In this document: positions 51,612-64,000 of the stretch, piece after piece
Numbering within the stretch: the first letter of the stretch is position 1
How the letters are laid out: each line of letters opens with the position of its first letter
Assembly (NCBI GenBank): GCA_965645245.1
Contig: OZ287072.1
Span: forward strand, 1,116,001 to 1,180,000
From: Massalongia carnosa
Lineage: Eukaryota
DNA: 64,000 nt
Reading direction: 5' to 3'
Translations under genes and position numbers: made by a program
The notes under the pieces: model-generated
The model's input: the letters and a program-made list of their open reading frames with translations, nothing else
What the model was told of the DNA's origin: nothing
Database searches by the model: none

Positions 51612-53759
51612 TCATGACGGAGGGTAGAAGACTGTGGGTGAAGGCTGAGTGTAATACTGTGCCGGTGGTGTCATCATTCCTCCCATTCCTATCACTCCAC
51701 CAGGTTGGGGCATCGAATAGCCTGCAAGAGGATACGCCGAACTACTTTCCGCGCTAGAAGCAAGTTGTGAAGAGTCGTAGTAATAGACCATCCCGTTGCT
51801 TTCGTGCGCTACCGTACCTACTTGAGTGGTCGGCTCCGTTGGGGGTGGTAGGGGCGCAACCGGGAGGTGATAAGAATACTGCTGGCTAGGCACAAAGGAT
51901 GGCGCAGCAACGGATGGTCCACCCGGAACCATCTGTTCAACTAAAGGGTAGAAATAAGCCGGGGGGGCAAAATGCTGAGGATAAAAGATCTGAGGCTGCT
52001 GGTATGGATAAGGCTGAAAAGGCTGAGCGTGTATCGCTCGTTCTGGTATTTGAGACAATGGCGTCCCTCCGGAAGCTTGACTTGGATATGATGCATGTCG
52101 TGAATGTGGCATTGCTGATATATCTGGAGCAAACATCGGTCCAGTGACTTGGATAGGGACCTGCTGATGGAATGGTTGCTGTTGCTGCTGAGGCGGGTTG
52201 AAATCGTGCGTAGCCGGAGATTCGATGTCTGCAACAGAGACGGATTTCTGAGGGCGAGGTTGATGCATTGGAATTGGCTCTGGCCGATTTTCACGAAACG
52301 TTGGCTTCTGGGGCAGTGGGTACGATGGCTGGAGGATGGGAGCAATATTTGTTTCTGCCAGACCCTCTTGGCTTGGTTCCAGTATTTGTTCCGCTGGCGG
52401 TGGTAAACGAACTCTTGGTTTCGCAGGCTCAGCCAAGGCTCCAGGCAGACGAGTTACCGATGCGCCTGCTGGCAACAACACTACTTCCGCTGGAACCTCT
52501 CTAGCCAGAGATGATCTCCTACTCATAGCAACGCTTGGTGAATATGTACTTCCAGCATATGCACTAGTCCTCCTGCTAGATAAGCCGGCGAATCCGCTAT
52601 AGCCACCAAAGCCTCCCCTCCCCTTTGCTCTTCCGAATCCTTGCTGATTAGGCCGTAGAGCCCGGGGTATGAAGATAAATGAACGATCAATTGATGGGAA
52701 TATGTATCTTAGCGGCATGTCAGGCAATGAAACCCGAACAGGTTTATCGCGTCGAAGTGGGGGCCTGTGATGAGGCAAACGAGTATGTTGGTTTACAGGC
52801 ACCGCCGAAAAGGTGATCGGGTTAGCCATTCCGGCAACGAAGACCCTAATCTGTACATTTCCAGTGTGTGTAGTCCTCGAAAAAGATCTGTTGGGTGGTT
52901 GAGGTTTTGCTAAAGTGGATGGAACTTTGGAGCAGTCTTGGAGGTTGGGCATTGCTTCCGAGCTATTTGTATCGCCAACAGGCTTTGCAACTATTTCGTG
53001 AAGATCGTGCGCCCACTGTGAATCTGCAGGTCCTGCGGGTTGAGATATATGGCTACGGACAGTGAGTAGAGCACCTAAGAGTTTTATGTATAAAGATATT
53101 TACCTGGGTGTTGCGGACGACCCTCCCGTACCCCCTCGTCCTCGTCCTCTACCTCTACCAAATGGTCGAAATCCATTAGGCCCTGGTGCAGCAGACCGAT
53201 GATCATGCATGAAAAATCCTCCGCGGTTAGGTACAAAGGCTGGATCTGCATCCCTCTTCTTCCTGTATTCCTCATGCTCCCGCCGTCTCCTGTCTCCCAA
53301 GGCATCCGAAGACGTGACTGCAACCAAATCTTGAGTGGACACTTTCGGAAGTGATTCTGCTGGAGGTTGCTCTCCCATTTCGTCAAAATGTATCTCTTCC
53401 CCCTCGGCAACCCCCCCCGAAAGGTTGAGACCATTCATCATAACCTCTGTGTCGTGCATCTTTGTGGATAGCGATCTCTTTTTCGAAGGTACGGTGGACG
53501 GATGTGTAGGGTTTGTAGGTCTCTCAGGATGTCCGTTTGTTACAGCAGCCTTTAGTTTAGCATGCTTCCGCTCCAAAGATTCCGTATCGCTGGCCTCACT
53601 TCCCTCACCATCAGCATCATCGTCGACGTCACTTATGACAGAACCCTCGCTCAACGAATCATCATCGATTCCGGCTGCCAAAGAACCCTCTTCCTCTTCA
53701 CCTTCGTCTTCTACTCTCCTTCGACTCGCAATGATATTTTTGCGCCGGGGTGCACCCAT
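51612..53759 (-). CDS. CASC3/Barentsz (Btz) eIF4AIII-binding domain protein
   Basis: KKRDADPAFVPNRGGFFMHDHR and, after intron 53053-53103, QWAHDLHE. P/Q-rich tail with ESNGMVYYYD. Confidence 0.85.
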
Positions 53760-54440
53760 AGCGATATGAAGGAATGGGGTTCGGCGGAGGGGAAAGTCCG
53801 CTCGAGTATTAGGTAGAGATAGAGATTCCGGACTGAAGATCCACGATGAGTGAGTAAGAAACGTGCGTCGAGATCCCTGAAATTAGTAAGAATCCGTGGT
53901 GGATGACCAGCATCGGTCAAATCAGTTGGAGAAGCGTGGCAGTCTATATGTTGACGTCTTCTAGAATTTGGGAATGGGCAGTCAAAAAAAAATCTGCGCT
54001 ATCCTTCTTTTGGCTCCATTCGTGTATACTTGCCCCCGTGTTTTTCCGAGTGTTCAACGTTTCATTTCACTTTAGCATCAAATTATACAGCACGTGACAT
54101 TGCCATATAGCATTACCGAAGAGCGTTAAAACTTATACAAACTGTAAAATACCAAGACAACTGAAGGCACTAAGTAATATGCTCATGTAAAGTACTCGTA
54201 GAGGATTCTTTCTCAGGTTGTTCAGTGCTGCCTGAAGTACTTCACATTATCATTCTGAACCTGGAAGTTTTCTATATTACAGAAACGCTGAGAGAAGAAA
54301 GCATCCAAACGGCTACTTCATCCCGGCCATAGCGCGTAGAAGTGGAGGATTAGCTACAGTACAGTATGATGGTATCAAAAGCCTGGAGGTAGATGAGCGT
54401 GGGATTTGACTCGAAATCGAACAGAAAGTACAGAGTGCGA

Positions 54441-56567
<2,127 letters not shown>

Positions 56568-57236
56568 GCTGGCTAGTGATTTGTAGAAAAGGAGTGACAA
56601 GGGAAACGCTTAACAGACAGCGATATAGGAAATAAGCAAATCAGATCAGACTAGACCTATCGTTGGCCACGAGATGGAGGAAACTTTGGCAGGGAAGCTT
56701 ACGGTCCTTGATCTTAGTTGCAAAATTTTGGCGAAGCGAGGCCAAGCTAGGATCAATACGTCACGTTTCCAAATCTCCTCCACCATCAAAGTTAGCGGGA
56801 GAGGTAACATATACCTAAATATTCGTATTCCATATAACTTGCACGAATTCGGCAGGAGATTTCAAAGCCAGCTTCTCCTTGCTGAATCAGTCCGGCTTGT
56901 GGAATCACACCGCCTTCAAATGTCTGTTTTATCTGTTTGTTGATTCTCCCATCTCTTCTCTACGTCTCCGCATGTTCAGACTTGGAGCATAGCATGCTTT
57001 TCTAGTCGATGTACGTGTTTGTTCCGTATGTGAAACCAACCCCACATATGCTCATTTTTAGACTCAGTTTCAATAAAAGCATGTTCTAAGATGAGAATAT
57101 CTTTGATGGGCGTACCTTTCTATACTAGATGTACAGTCTCCGCAATCTGCTCCAAATGAAACTAAGAGTGCGAATCACACACGAGGCCACATTATCTCCC
57201 CAGCAAACACGAACCTCAACTCCCCCCCTCCCCAAA

Positions 57237-58116
57237 ATGATAATGGAAGCACCCCATCCCCTCTCCTTCGACCTTCTCACCTCCATCCGTAGCGATCCCC
57301 TCCTCACCACCAGTACCCCCAACACCATCCTATCCACTGCCCCTAAACACCCAACCCAATTCTATATGATCCTCTACCACCGCGAACGCCTCCTAGCCGC
57401 CGCCCAAGACTTCCAATGGCAGGAAGCCGCGATCGCCCTATCAGGCCCTATCGGGCTGCTCCGTCTTGAAAAATCCCTACACGAGCATTTGGGGTCCAAA
57501 TACGGCAACCCAGCATACCCAGCCCCTCTGAAGGTATCTTCTTTTCAAATCCTCGTGATCCTTTCACACAAGCTGACCTTAAGTCCCAAAGCTCCGCGTC
57601 CTACTCTCTCCCATGGGCATCATCACAGCAACGAGTAGCCCCACCCCCCCTCTTTCGCTCTCCACCCTCTTTCCTACGCAGCTCCCCCTTTTCCCAGGTG
57701 AACCTACATGGCGCGTCTTCCTTTCCCCTCACTACACCCTCCGAACCCTACATACAACCCATAAAACCACCCTTCGCACCCCCTACGACGCTGCCCGTGC
57801 TCTCATTCCCTCATCAGCTCTCTCTGCGCTAACTTTAATGGCGGAAATCCTCTTAGTGAATGAGGACGGCGATATAATGGAGGGGAGCCTCACGACACCA
57901 TATTTCTGGCGTGGCGGCGCTTGGGTCACGCCCAAGGCGGAGTCAGGGGGCAATTTAGGGACGACGAGGAGGTGGGCGGTGGAGAGGGTGGAGAATCTTG
58001 TTGAGGGAAGGGTTGAAAGAGTGAGCGTAGAGATTGGGGAGAAGGTATGGCTTAGCAATGGGGTAAGAGGCTGGGGGTGGGGAAAGGTGGAGAAGATTGG
58101 AAGAGAAGGGAGTTGA
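57237..58116 (+). CDS. ABZ2: Aminodeoxychorismate lyase (aminotransferase class IV)
   Basis: FDLLTSIRSDPLL, YHRERLLAAA, HKTTLRTPYDAAR, EILLVN..GDIMEGSLTTPYF, GTTRRWA and WLSNGVRG. Intron 57534-57591. Start at 57237 or 57243. Confidence 0.82.
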
Positions 58117-58340
58117 GGGGAGACGGCAGGATAAAGGGTTGTGTGAAATTTGATGTTGTAAACGATATGCAATTCTCCTTGTGCGAAGTCCTATAAAGGG
58201 AATCCGGGTCAAAAGCATGTGTCCGGATGAGATCGCGCTAGCAGCTTGCACATCTGTCCACGCTGGTTTCATGATCATATTCTGCGAGGTTATAACCATA
58301 ATCTATGCAACCCATTGACAATATTGGCGACCCTCGACCC

Positions 58341-59862
58341 TTAAGCTTCTTCAAATAAAGCTAGCTCCTCTTTTAAATGCTGAATATACTTCGCCTTCAC
58401 TTCTGGCGCCATATCCCGTACGCGTTGCTTCTTGGCAGCTGCCTGCTCACTCTCGCTCGGCATGCCCTTAAAGATTAATTGCCGTGGCGTCATGAACTCC
58501 ACCCTCGTCACAGGCGTGACAAGCGCCCTTCTCTCACGGAAACCAGCCACATATGCTTGTAACTCCCTCGTGCACATACTCTTCATATCGCCACTCTCTA
58601 TTTCCCCCTTCTCGTACGCAACCCGTATGCGCTCAAGCTCGTCGTCATCCTCTAAGAAGAAAGTAAGATATTGAAAGGGCACGTCGACGGTCGTCCTACC
58701 ACCGATCTTTCGGTGTAGCTCGCGCGAATCCTGACCGCCGGAAAAGGCCTTGCCAATCTTCTTCTTGATCTGATTGTTAGTATCGCTAAGGTAGATGGAC
58801 GAGTCGGCGTCGCTAGCCGACATCTTGGTTTCAGCTCCCTTGAGCGAGGGCAGAAACACTGAATGGATGACGGCCGGCTTGATGTAGTTCAAACGCGGAG
58901 CCACATCACGGCACTGCCGGAAATAGGGGTCCTGATCGATAGCACAAGGAATGAGGCAGGGAATCTTGGCGGTTTTCTTAGGGTCAGAGCCAAAAATGAA
59001 GGGGAAGCTAGTAGCGAAGGCAGGGGCCGACTGTTTTGCTGGGAAGGCAGTTTCGCCCAGATTATTTCTGTGACATAGGGCGTCAGGCTAAGGACTACAC
59101 AGGACTCGGGTGGTGACTGCGTACGTATCGGTAAACCCAAACGTGCCTTTGATTTGGTTGCATGTTGTCCGCTTTTCGAGTTCTCGAACATTTCCATTAA
59201 ATGCAGCAACGTCTGCGCCATCAAAGAATTCCGTATCTGCAAATATGAAGGTCTTGTTAGGGTCAAACCCTACAGCAATGATATCCATGGCATTTTGGTG
59301 TGCATAGCGGCGGGTAGCTTCGAGACTAAGCTTGGGAGAGTGATAAAACTTCTCGTCATCAGTCAACATTATGACCAATGGTACATCAAAAACATCCTGC
59401 AAATATCTGTTCGAATTGAGCAAAAAGCAACAGGATAGCGGTAACGACGTACTTGGTGAACTCGAACGGTATTGTATGTCCTACATGCATACTATCGCTG
59501 CTAGGCCCTCTCCCGGTATACAAGAAAAATGGCGTTCCTTTCTCATATTTATCCAGTATCAGATTTAGATCACGATGACTGAACACCAATCCCCGGCGTA
59601 GAAGCCGATGTGGTTTGTGACCGGTGACTTTCTCAAAACGTTGTAAAACGGCAGCATCTATTCGATTGGAGCCAAACTGGACTATAAGCCTATCGTAGTT
59701 AATTGCTTTGGGCTTGCCGTGTTCATCCACTTCCCCTGATACATTGAACGGAGTTATTATTTGCTCTTTCACACTAAGCTTTTGAGAGGCTTCGGCCAAG
59801 GAAAGCGCGGCTAATGCAGGAGGTTGATCTGGCTCAACTTTGACTTCTGATATAGTTGCCAT
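58341..59862 (-). CDS. WRS1: Tryptophanyl-tRNA synthetase, cytosolic type
   Basis: YTGRGPSSDSMHVGH (HIGH), IPCAIDQDPYFR and KMSAS. Introns 59407-59452 and 59068-59124. Confidence 0.95.
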
Positions 59863-60123
59863 ACTTGTCACTGAGTGGTATTTGAGTTGCTTGCAAAGAC
59901 AAGATATTTTCCAGATCGAGCTGGGTGTGGAGCCCTCGTTTATTTTGGAGAACCTGATACCTAGAAAATTACGGTATCTTTGCCTGGTATTGCGTATCTT
60001 ATATCCGGCGCTAGTTAGATAACCAAACGAGCTGAAGCCATGGATTTTCCTTCGACAAGCTCCATCCACGGCCACATCCATGGCTTCGCATGAAGGTGAA
60101 TCACACAGCACAGCTAGTTGATC

Positions 60124-60909
60124 ATGGTTAAATTTTACGAAAGCTCGTTCAGTTATAATTACCCCTTTCCTGCCGTCAGTCTTGCCTACTTCTTGCGGTA
60201 CCCCAATCCCTACGCCATTCACGTGCTCTCCACCGATGTCATAGATCGTCATTTCGATCCATTAAGTCAGAGGCTCAGCACCACTCGTCTGCACTTGAAA
60301 AAGTCAAAACTACCTCCTGCACTACTAAAGATACTGCCAAAGGGAATTTTGGGTACGAGCAGCGATGCGGGACAGAGTTACATACTGGAAAAGAGCGTTG
60401 TAGATGTCAAGGAAGGCTGGATGAAGACTGAATCAAGAAACCTAGAGTGGACGGGCATTCTCAGTGTTGTTGAAAAGCAAACTTACAGACGACCGCTGAC
60501 TGCCAGCACGCAAGAGATGTCTGCATCTACGGATCTTGTCGAAGACAGAGAGAATGAAGGGACAAATGTGACAACAACTGTGACATTGGTTTCCAGATTT
60601 GGCCAAGGCAGGATGATAGCCCACAGGCGGAAGGGGGACATTATTACAACAGGTTCAGAATCATCAAACGAAGATGAAAATGGGCCTGTGAAGAAAGGGT
60701 TTTTCTCCTCCTGGTCAACCTCGTCTGTTCAGCGGAGTATTGAGCTCGTTGGTCTACGCAGGACGAGAGATGCGCTCGTCAAGAGCAAGGATGGTATGAA
60801 TGTTGTCCTTGAAAGACTTCGACTCGGAGGCCTGGTAGAAGTTCTAGAAGGTATGCGACGAGATCGGGATGCTGCCTTTGGCCCGGATGGGCCTTGGAAG
60901 AGGGCATAA
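60124..60909 (+). CDS. UPS1: PRELI/MSF1 family mitochondrial lipid-transfer protein
   Basis: MVKFYESSFSYNYPFPAVSLAYFLRYPNPYAIHVLSTDVIDR...SYILEKSVVD; single exon, divergent from WRS1. Confidence 0.88.
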   Translation: MVKFYESSFSYNYPFPAVSLAYFLRYPNPYAIHVLSTDVIDRHFDPLSQRLSTTRLHLKKSKLPPALLKILPKGILGTSSDAGQSYILEKSVVDVKEGWMKTESRNLEWTGILSVVEKQTYRRPLTASTQEMSASTDLVEDRENEGTNVTTTVTLVSRFGQGRMIAHRRKGDIITTGSESSNEDENGPVKKGFFSSWSTSSVQRSIELVGLRRTRDALVKSKDGMNVVLERLRLGGLVEVLEGMRRDRDAAFGPDGPWKRA

Positions 60910-61225
60910 ACATCATGAAGGGGAAGTGGAAGTCAGGAACGGCTTTATGACTACACCGAACTATCACATGGAAGGGGTCCTATTACTGTCATGCCAACTG
61001 ATACGCAAAGGTTTCCACGTTTCCTACTCAGATCTTGCATTACTAGTTAGCGGGGTGTAGGTGGTAGGGCGTGGACGAATTTTCGGACCTACGACTCGCT
61101 CAATCATAGTCATTTTGTATGAGTATTCCGAAAAACCCTTTGCTCAGCTCTTATGCCATTCATGATAGCGGTACTCCTCCCCCATCCACCTCCATACCTT
61201 GCTTAAAAGCACAGGTCTAAATCTG

Positions 61226-61268
61226 CTCCAAGTCCAACGTTCTGAAGCTAGAAGCGTTGGACTTGGAG
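61226..61268. repeat. Short inverted repeat / hairpin
   Basis: CTCCAAGTCCAACG...CGTTGGACTTGGAG forms a perfect 14-bp stem, with an inner TTCT/AGAA pairing. Confidence 0.75.
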
Positions 61269-62736
61269 TTGCGGCGTTTTAGGGTGTTGGACCGCGGTGG
61301 CCTTTTCATAAGGGTCCTCGTACACAACACGTAACACTATGTGCGGCAGCTGCGGGATTCAAGATCCAAGCAGTTAGACGGAGTCACAGCGCCCTTAACT
61401 AGTTCACTTTACATCCTTGTGTGCTGTGATGGAAGGGTAGATTTGTTTTACCTATTTCAGATTTCGAGCAATCTTGGCCTATTCTGCCGTCCTCGAACTA
61501 GCGGGAGTAAAAGAAGTATTCCGCTTTGTGCTGCAGGCTCGGGAAAATCAACCAACAACATGTTATGTGTAACCGCGAAAAGAGCAGTCCCGCAGATCCT
61601 TACGACTGAAACGCGACGAAGGAGTAAGCGCGAGGTTTGGGGAGGTTAGAATGTTAACCCTAGTATGAATCCTGCACAATAAATGGCTACGGCTGGCTTG
61701 ATCCTGGGCGGCCGGATTGCAGGATGCATACTGGTATATTGGCTAATTTTGATCTGTGTTGTGTTCGGTGTTATTGTTGTCATTTTATCGTTGATTAATT
61801 GTCCGTATTGCGGTGGGATTGAAACGACCTTCCGGATTCGGTTTCTTGTGCTAGGGTGCAATCTGCAGTGCTCTCTGATCTTCTCTCTCTGCTTTTTTCT
61901 TCCGACCTTTGGTGGCTACAAGCTATCAATAGCTTGCAGCTTGTACCTCTGCGTACCGTCCACATGGTTCCAATGACTTGGAGGTACCTGCTAGGCACAG
62001 AATGCATCCAAAAGCATGCAGAGGCACGGCCAAATTTCCTCATCATGCAGGAGGGTTGACTGCAATTTTAGGTGTTCTAAGCGTTTGCTGACGATCGCCT
62101 GTCTAAGCGAAAGCATCTTGATGTTATTTTCCCCAGCCTCCTCTTCTTTCCATTGGGACAGTGGCTAGTTTCAGCGGACAGGAGTATATCATGTCTGTAG
62201 CCTCCAGTTCTCTGTGTTCGTGTGTATCCATACCATTGCCATTTTGATACCTATTGTGTTTGCGGCACACCTATAATCCGTTGCATCCGTATAAACTCTG
62301 TACCTCTTTTCGAAACTCGTTCTGCATTGAGGGCTCTGTACTGCTCTGTATACCGTACATACTCTCTTCATCATCAATTGATTTCGTTTGCAAGCCAGAT
62401 AGTATCAGACAGTGGTCGTCTAGGGTTTCTTTCTTCCTATACCTGATCCCTCCTCCATTTTGGTCCCAACCCTAAAAACTTGCCAAGGTGCATTCACCTT
62501 CCTAGCCCTAACCCGAACCTTTTATCCGAAAACAATAGATTACATATCAACATACCACCGCCTCTTTCCCTCTCCCCTTCCGCTTTTACCTCGACCTTCT
62601 TGTCCTTCGTTTCCTCGAAAACTTGTATCGCCGTTCTTTTCCCTGTCAGTCTTTCTTGTACGAACGTACATATCAAATTGGATTCAACCAGCATACATTC
62701 TTTCGACTTTGCGGCTGCTGCGCCCTTTCCGTAATC

Positions 62737-63574
62737 ATGGCTCTCTCACTTGCATATATCCGCACATTGATCGTGCTCTGTCTTGCGTTGGTTTCCGCGA
62801 CTGAATCTCATCCCACGCAAAATTATGAATTTCACAAGACCGATCTATCCACATACCACTTACCACTCTCGAATGGTATGTGCCTTCTTTTTCTTCTATC
62901 TTAAACTCACTCTTCGATGCTGTTCACGATTAGCGCTTTCGAGGCGATTATCAAATCAGCTTCATTTACCAAACACTCCAAAACCCGCAAAGAACAGCAC
63001 CCGCTAATTTCAATCCCCAGGCTCCGCATCCCTCCCATCCTCACCCCACGGCACTAGTCTTAAAGCCATAACACTCGGCCGAGGCACCCAAAACTATACC
63101 TGCCAGCCCAAATCGGTTGCTCCCAACCTCGTTGGCGCAGTTGCGGATCTATACGACCTCTCCCACCTACTGCAATTCATTCCCATCCATGAAGCGACCG
63201 ATCTCTTCAACCTCCTACCAAACTACCTCATCGACTTCAGCCTAGCCAGCCTAGACCACACAGCCATCCCCCAGCTGGGCCACCACTATTTCGATGCCGC
63301 GGGCATTCCTACTTTCGACCTAGGTTCTGATATCGGCGTGCTCAAGGGCAAACGAGACGTCGCAATCGCAGCGCCGAAGTGTGCAAGTAAGGGTGCTGGC
63401 AATCAGGGAGATGGCGCTGTGGATTGGTTGGCGCTTTGCGGGGTGGAGGGAAGTCACGGGTTGAGCTTTGGGTATCGGGTGGAGACGGCGGGGGGGAAAG
63501 CATCCAATTCGTGCAATGGCCAACCGGAAAAGTTTGAGGTGCAGTATGCGGCGTTGTATGCATTTTTTCATTAA
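62737..63574 (+). CDS. Secreted DUF3455 family protein (fungal 'malate dehydrogenase'-like)
   Basis: Signal peptide. Intron 62876-63020 yields LKAITLGRGTQNYTC, GHHYF..PTFDL, AVDWL, YRVETAGG and VQYAALYAFF. Confidence 0.85.
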
Positions 63575-64000
63575 TACGTTTTGAGAAGAAAAGTTTTTGG
63601 GGGGGGTTAGATCTTGGGTTAGCGTGGGAAGGGGCTGTACAGTTTTCTCCTTCCCTGTTATATGTGATCTGGGGAAAAGGGGTTTTCTTGGATTCTTTTG
63701 GACTAAAACATTTAGGTATATAGCATCATTTTAATACGAGAGAATTATTTTCAAAACTCATATACTTGACGTATGCAGGAAGAGTGAGTGAGGATGGGCA
63801 ACGGTGGTAGAGAAGTAGGAATGGAGCATGTAAAAACCCTTTAGCTCTTTCACCTCATAACCATTATTTCTGCTTCTTCGCATTCCTCAACTACATTCCC
63901 AGCTTGCTTTCCCTTGTCAACATCGAATCCGGCGATTAAGAACAACAAAATCCTTTTAGCCAGTACCAGTCGGCGTCAGCGTTCATAGTAAAACAAAACC

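Noticed and set aside
61683..61976. 97-aa hydrophobic ORF
   Set aside because: Explained by T/G-rich composition; no family motif.
62465..62520. CCCTAA words suggesting a telomerase RNA template or interstitial telomere
   Set aside because: Only isolated hexamers; no full template or tandem array.

Overview
Eukaryotic, intron-containing DNA from a filamentous ascomycete (Pezizomycotina-type genes and 45-165 nt introns; the species cannot be identified from sequence alone). The window is mostly a conserved housekeeping neighbourhood of about 19 genes: an atypical Ser/Thr kinase, a Usv1/Rgm1-type C2H2 factor, COG5, COA6, SYS1, a Pac2-type WOPR factor, mitochondrial AsnRS, a PARG-like macrodomain protein, a secreted Ser/Thr-rich protein, a claudin-like protein, a full-size ABCG transporter, a PhyH dioxygenase, NBR1, a Btz/CASC3-domain protein, TOM70, ABZ2, cytosolic TrpRS, UPS1 and a DUF3455 protein. 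I found no clear novel multi-gene system. The most unusual element is a ~1 kb composite DNA transposon (1602-2606): Mutator-like TIRs and a 9-bp TSD enclose the left end and DNA-binding-only ORF of a pogo/Tc2-type element. Other notable signals are a perfect 33-bp-arm palindrome resembling a TIR-only mini-element, two GC-AG introns (one after a 22-nt micro-exon), four stop-free in-frame introns, a long open frame upstream of the TrpRS ATG, and several decayed gene relics. Exon boundaries were read by eye and family names come from motif recognition, not database searches.
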